From Candidatus Zhuqueibacterota bacterium (GTDB lineage Bacteria > Zhuqueibacterota > Zhuqueibacteria > Thermofontimicrobiales > Thermofontimicrobiaceae), in the NCBI GenBank assembly GCA_016783825.1, contig JADHVV010000004.1, positions 1 through 62,346 of the forward strand: 62,346 bases of DNA, given 5' to 3'. The position numbers and the translations under genes are program-made. The notes under the pieces were generated by a model. That model did no database searches. It was not told the DNA's origin and worked only from the letters and a program-made list of their open reading frames with translations. Below, one piece after another: positions 58,622-62,346 of the stretch. Positions within the stretch are counted from its first letter, which is position 1; the number at the start of each line of letters is the position of its first letter.

Positions 58622-60466
58622 ATGATCGCAGGCATACTAAATAGAGATAGAGAAAAAGTAATTTCAAATGAAGAAATTTATTCGCTGTTTGATTTGCAGG
58701 AAGTACAAAAGGATCAAATAAAAATAGCTGCAAATAGAAATTTCGCTGCTGCAATAGTAGATGAAGCATTTGAAAATATTTCAGAAGTGTGGCAAAATGA
58801 AAAGAATGTTGTAGCATTTTCAGGCAATGTTTTTAATAGGAATGAGATAACAGGTTTATCTGATACCGGACGACCTTTTACTCAAATTTTAGCTGATCAA
58901 TTCACCGACAAAAAAACCGCTCTTTTCAACGAACTGAATGGAAGCTATAGTTTATCGATCTGGAACAGCGAATTACAGCAGCTTGTTTTAACAGGTGATC
59001 ATTTCGGGATTGAACCGTTATACTATTTTTGGGATGAAGAAAAATTGATCTTTGCTTCGTCCATCAAAGCAATATTACGTCATCCTGATGCAAAAGCTGA
59101 AATAGACTTTGAAGCGCTTCATACATATTTGTTGTTTAATTACAATCCGCGACAGGAAACGCTGATAGCAGGGATTAAAAGGTTATGTCCCGGTTATTAT
59201 TTGAAATTTGAAAAGAATAATTTAACAACAGAACAGTATTGGTATTTATCATTTTTGCCCGGTAAAGAAAAAACAGAAAATCAATACATCGAAGAACTGC
59301 TTCCGTTGCTGAAAAAAAGCATAGAAATGCGAATCCCGGACTCTGAAACCCATGGCGCATTTTTGAGCGGGGGAATGGACTCAAGCTCAATTGTTGGATT
59401 GATGAGCCCGATGGTAAAAGGAAAAATTCATACTTTTTCTTTTCGATGTAAAGGCAAATCGTTTGATGAGTCCCATTACGCAAACATTGTTTCTTGCAGG
59501 TATAACACGGAACATCATTTGGTGGAATATTCGCCGCAAGAGGTGTTGTCCATTGGTGAAATCGTTGAGTACATGGATGAGCCATTTTGCGACATCGGAA
59601 TAGAGGTCGCCTCATATATTTTAGGTCGCGCAGCACAAGATAAGATCAATTATGTGTTGACCGGAGATGGTGGGGATGAATTGTTTGCCGGGCATCCTGT
59701 TTACCAGGCAGATGAAGTGGCAAGGAAGTTTTCTAAAATTCCCAGACCGCTTCAAAAAATGATGACATCTGCTTTCAGCCTGTTTCCTGATACGGACAAA
59801 AAGAAAAGTTTTGCAGTTAAGGCACAAAGATTTGCTTACAGTTACGGTTTCTCCGAAAAACTTTTCAGCAACCGCTGGCGGATTTATTACAACGAACCAG
59901 AATTATTAGCGCTGTTTAGACCCGAATATTCCGGCAATGTAAAAGAAACAAATCCCCTAAAAGATATAATGGCTATTTATGATGAAGCGGATGGTAATGA
60001 TTTTTTGAGCAAGACTTTATATGGTGATTATTTTACAGTTGTTAATTTTTACCTGAGAAGAATGCAGCTGTTAAGAAAATTTGGGATTGAGGGAAGAATA
60101 CCCATGTTTGATCCGCGGTTAGTCGAATTTGCGGCAAAAATTCCTTCGCATCTTAAGTTGCGCGGTTCGGAAACAAAATATATTTTACACAAAACAATGG
60201 CCGGCATTTTACCAGGTGAAATCGTTTTTCGGAAAGATAAATTAGGACACAGTGTGCCGTTTAAAAATTGGCTTCGTGATGTTCCGGAAATAAGAAATTT
60301 TATTATGGATGTTCTTTCAGAGAGTACAATAAAAAGGCGAGGATATTTTGATAATAATTTTGTCCAACGCTTATTAACCGATCATTTCAGCAGAAAGAAA
60401 AACAATTCACACCGGCTATGGGCGTTGCTGGTACTGGAACTATGGATGCAGAAAAATATTGCTTGA
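58622..60466 (+). CDS. Asparagine synthase-family protein lacking the N-terminal Cys nucleophile
   Basis: It starts MIAGIL where AsnB has MCGI. An in-frame TGA at 58592-58594 precludes a longer N-terminus. The PP-loop LSGGMDSS and the synthetase-domain pattern TGDGGDELFAGHPVY are retained. Confidence 0.85.
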   Translation: MIAGILNRDREKVISNEEIYSLFDLQEVQKDQIKIAANRNFAAAIVDEAFENISEVWQNEKNVVAFSGNVFNRNEITGLSDTGRPFTQILADQFTDKKTALFNELNGSYSLSIWNSELQQLVLTGDHFGIEPLYYFWDEEKLIFASSIKAILRHPDAKAEIDFEALHTYLLFNYNPRQETLIAGIKRLCPGYYLKFEKNNLTTEQYWYLSFLPGKEKTENQYIEELLPLLKKSIEMRIPDSETHGAFLSGGMDSSSIVGLMSPMVKGKIHTFSFRCKGKSFDESHYANIVSCRYNTEHHLVEYSPQEVLSIGEIVEYMDEPFCDIGIEVASYILGRAAQDKINYVLTGDGGDELFAGHPVYQADEVARKFSKIPRPLQKMMTSAFSLFPDTDKKKSFAVKAQRFAYSYGFSEKLFSNRWRIYYNEPELLALFRPEYSGNVKETNPLKDIMAIYDEADGNDFLSKTLYGDYFTVVNFYLRRMQLLRKFGIEGRIPMFDPRLVEFAAKIPSHLKLRGSETKYILHKTMAGILPGEIVFRKDKLGHSVPFKNWLRDVPEIRNFIMDVLSESTIKRRGYFDNNFVQRLLTDHFSRKKNNSHRLWALLVLELWMQKNIA

Positions 60467-60775
60467 TTCTGGATACTGGATACTTGATGCTTGATGCTTG
60501 ATACTTGATGCTTGATGCTTGATACTTGATACTTGATGCTTGATGCTTGATACTTGATGCTTGATACTTGATGCTTGATACTTGTTGCTGGATACTGGTT
60601 GCTGGATACTGGTTACTTGATTCTGGTTACTTGATTCTGGTTACTTGATTCTGGTTGCTGGCTGCTGGTTACTGGATTCTGGCTGCTGGATACTGGTTGC
60701 TGGATACTTAATGCTGGTTGGGATGGGGGTATCCAGAAACAAGCATCGAGTATCAAGTAACCAGCACACCAGCAA
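60467..60775. repeat. Degenerate 8-nt-periodic array (CTTGATGC/CTTGATAC then CTGGTTGC/CTGGATAC/CTGGTTAC/TTGATTCT units) ending in a short complementary arm
   Basis: Roughly 30 consecutive 8-nt units run from the stop codon of the upstream gene to about 60730. GTATCCAGAAACAAGCATCGAGTATCAAGTAACCAGCACACCAGCAA (about 60729-60775) is complementary to the unit types. Confidence 0.85.
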
Positions 60776-60819
60776 ACAATAAATACAACATGAAACGTAA
60801 TTTTAGCAGTTAAACACTT

Positions 60820-61383
60820 ATGGCATCTCCAGTAGGACATTCTTTATTTGGACTTGGAATTTATTCGGCAGCGAACAAACAGTTTAACTGGAAAACAGTT
60901 TTTATTTATATTGTTCTGGCTAACCTGGCTGATTTTGATTTTTTGTTTGGTTTCGTAGTCGGAGAACCGAATAAGTATCATCACCAGTTTACACACAGCT
61001 TTGTAATGGCAGTTTTGATTGCCGGAATATTTGCATTGATATTTTGTGCAAAAAAGGGAGAAAAGTTTTTAAAAATATTTGGGCTGTTTTTTTCTGTTTA
61101 CTTTTCACATTTAGTAATTGATTTTTTTGCAGTGGATAAATCCTTTCCATTTGGTGAACAATTATTGTGGCCTTTTACAAATGATTACTATTTGAGCCCA
61201 TTGCCGATTTTTATGGATGTTCACAAATCAGACTTTTCCTCTGATTTTGTACAATCGTTTTTCTCAAAGCACAATTTTATTATGGTATTATCGGAAATCG
61301 GAATTTTTGGAACGTTTTATTTGATCATCGAATTTATAAAAAAGAAGCTGTTTCCTCAGGCAGATTGGAAAACGAGTAAATGA
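60820..61383 (+). CDS. Membrane-bound metal-dependent hydrolase (YdjM/DUF457-like)
   Basis: MASPVGHSLFG N-terminus, His-rich HHQFTHSF, and several TM helices. Confidence 0.65.
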   Translation: MASPVGHSLFGLGIYSAANKQFNWKTVFIYIVLANLADFDFLFGFVVGEPNKYHHQFTHSFVMAVLIAGIFALIFCAKKGEKFLKIFGLFFSVYFSHLVIDFFAVDKSFPFGEQLLWPFTNDYYLSPLPIFMDVHKSDFSSDFVQSFFSKHNFIMVLSEIGIFGTFYLIIEFIKKKLFPQADWKTSK

Positions 61384-62327
61384 AAGAGAGCAAAATAAAT
61401 ATTTCCGTTGTCATCCCCATTTATAATGAGGAAGAAAATGTGGCTCTGTTATACGAGTCAATTACCAAAGTAATGAGTAAGCTGAAGAATAGTTATGAAA
61501 TTATTATGGTGGATGATGGCAGCAAAGATAAGACTTTGTCAATTTTGAGGGCAATTCAAAAAAAAGATTTTCATTTACGAGTGATTAAATTCAGGGGGAA
61601 TTTCGGACAATCAGCGGCAATGGCTGCAGGATTTGAGGCAGCCCGGGGAGAAAATGTCGTGGCAATGGATGGTGATCTTCAGAATGATCCCAACGATATC
61701 CCCATGTTGTTAAAAAAATTAGACGAAGGCTATGATGTCGTCAGTGGCTGGAGGAAGAATCGAAAGGATAAGTTGATATTAAGAAAGCTTCCTTCAAAAA
61801 TTGCTAACCGAATAATTTGTTCGGTAACCGGTGTAGAGTTGCACGATACCGGGTGCTCGCTAAAAGCGTTCCGAAAAGAAGTCATCAAAAGAATCAGTTT
61901 GTATGGAGAATTGCATCGTTTCATTCCCGCGTTAGCAAAGCTGGAGGGCGCCAAAATAACTGAGGTCGTGGTTAATCATCGTGCAAGAAAATTTGGTGAA
62001 TCAAAATACAACATAACCAGAACGTTCAGAGTTATTATGGATTTGACATCGCTTAACCTGTTCATCAAGCACCTGAGAAATCCGTTGCGCTTTTTTGGTG
62101 GTCTGGCCTTAGTGTCAATGTTTTTTGCCATATTAGCAACAATTTTGGCGGGAACGATTTGGTTGAATAGTTCTTATGATATATCAAGCTTTAACATTTT
62201 ATTAACATTGATTTTTTTAATGATCGTGACAACCTTTCAATTTTTATTTATCGGGCTTTTAGCCGCGTTGATAGTCCATACGGGAAAGAAAAAATTGTTT
62301 TATTTGGTGGATACTCAACTAAAGTAG
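61380..62327 (+). CDS. Glycosyltransferase family 2, polyprenyl-phosphate glycosyltransferase (GtrB/ArnC/DPM1-like)
   Basis: ISVVIPIYNEEENV, IIMVDDGSKDKT, DGDLQNDP, VSGWRKNRKD and two C-terminal TM helices. The start overlaps the upstream stop. Confidence 0.9.
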   Translation: MKESKINISVVIPIYNEEENVALLYESITKVMSKLKNSYEIIMVDDGSKDKTLSILRAIQKKDFHLRVIKFRGNFGQSAAMAAGFEAARGENVVAMDGDLQNDPNDIPMLLKKLDEGYDVVSGWRKNRKDKLILRKLPSKIANRIICSVTGVELHDTGCSLKAFRKEVIKRISLYGELHRFIPALAKLEGAKITEVVVNHRARKFGESKYNITRTFRVIMDLTSLNLFIKHLRNPLRFFGGLALVSMFFAILATILAGTIWLNSSYDISSFNILLTLIFLMIVTTFQFLFIGLLAALIVHTGKKKLFYLVDTQLK

Positions 62328-62346
62328 AAAAAAATAATTATTTAAA

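Noticed and set aside
59175-59827. 153-aa and 68-aa minus-strand ORFs
   Set aside because: They are antisense within the AsnB-like CDS, which has clear family motifs in the + frame.
60613-60840. 75-aa minus-strand ORF (SSQNPVTSSQQPESSNQ...)
   Set aside because: It is a translation of the 8-nt-periodic repeat array. A period of 8 is incompatible with selection on a reading frame, and there is no RBS.

Overview
This is a densely coding, AT-rich bacterial chromosomal window of 62,346 bp, mostly + strand after the first 5 kb. Several signatures point to an FCB-superphylum organism (Ignavibacteriota/Calditrichota/Marinimicrobia-like), but this is inference only. They are a T9SS-type C-terminal sorting domain on a giant S8 peptidase, a GWxTD protein, a DUF5683-like protein and a folK-deoxynucleoside kinase pair.

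Contents:
1. Housekeeping genes: dgt-like HD hydrolase, an ABC ATPase, groES-groEL with a perfect CIRCE operator, folK, dNK, purF, purN, purH, ftsY, rimO, lgt, glgA, LD-carboxypeptidase and a VanX-like dipeptidase.
2. A three-gene operon at 5995-10745. It encodes a small helical protein, a 432-aa protein with a coiled coil and a C-terminal transmembrane hairpin, and a 1022-aa TPR-CHAT (caspase-like) protease with an intact His/Cys dyad. This is my best candidate for a poorly described or undescribed protease-based conflict system. It sits in a repeat-bracketed segment together with a secreted S8 peptidase.
3. A UbiA prenyltransferase, a 57-aa 2x[4Fe-4S] ferredoxin (absent from the ORF track) and a geranylgeranyl reductase, forming one cassette.
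4. A roughly 19-kb exopolysaccharide locus (43.6-62.3 kb): Wza-like, Wzc-like, initiating sugar transferase, GT4, GT2, two epimerases, two AsnB paralogs (one lacking the Cys nucleophile), a GlpD-like flavoprotein and a flippase-like/LbH-acyltransferase fusion.
5. A vapBC-like toxin-antitoxin pair and an MscS channel gene split by a 1-nt frameshift in an A-run.

The most pervasive non-coding signal is that almost every intergenic gap holds a different hairpin built from short repeated 'words'. These include a GTCATT...AATGAC superfamily with compensatory stem changes, nested insertions, a conserved 22-nt boundary motif and an approximately 260-bp array with 8-nt periodicity. I recognised no rRNA, tRNA or CRISPR array.
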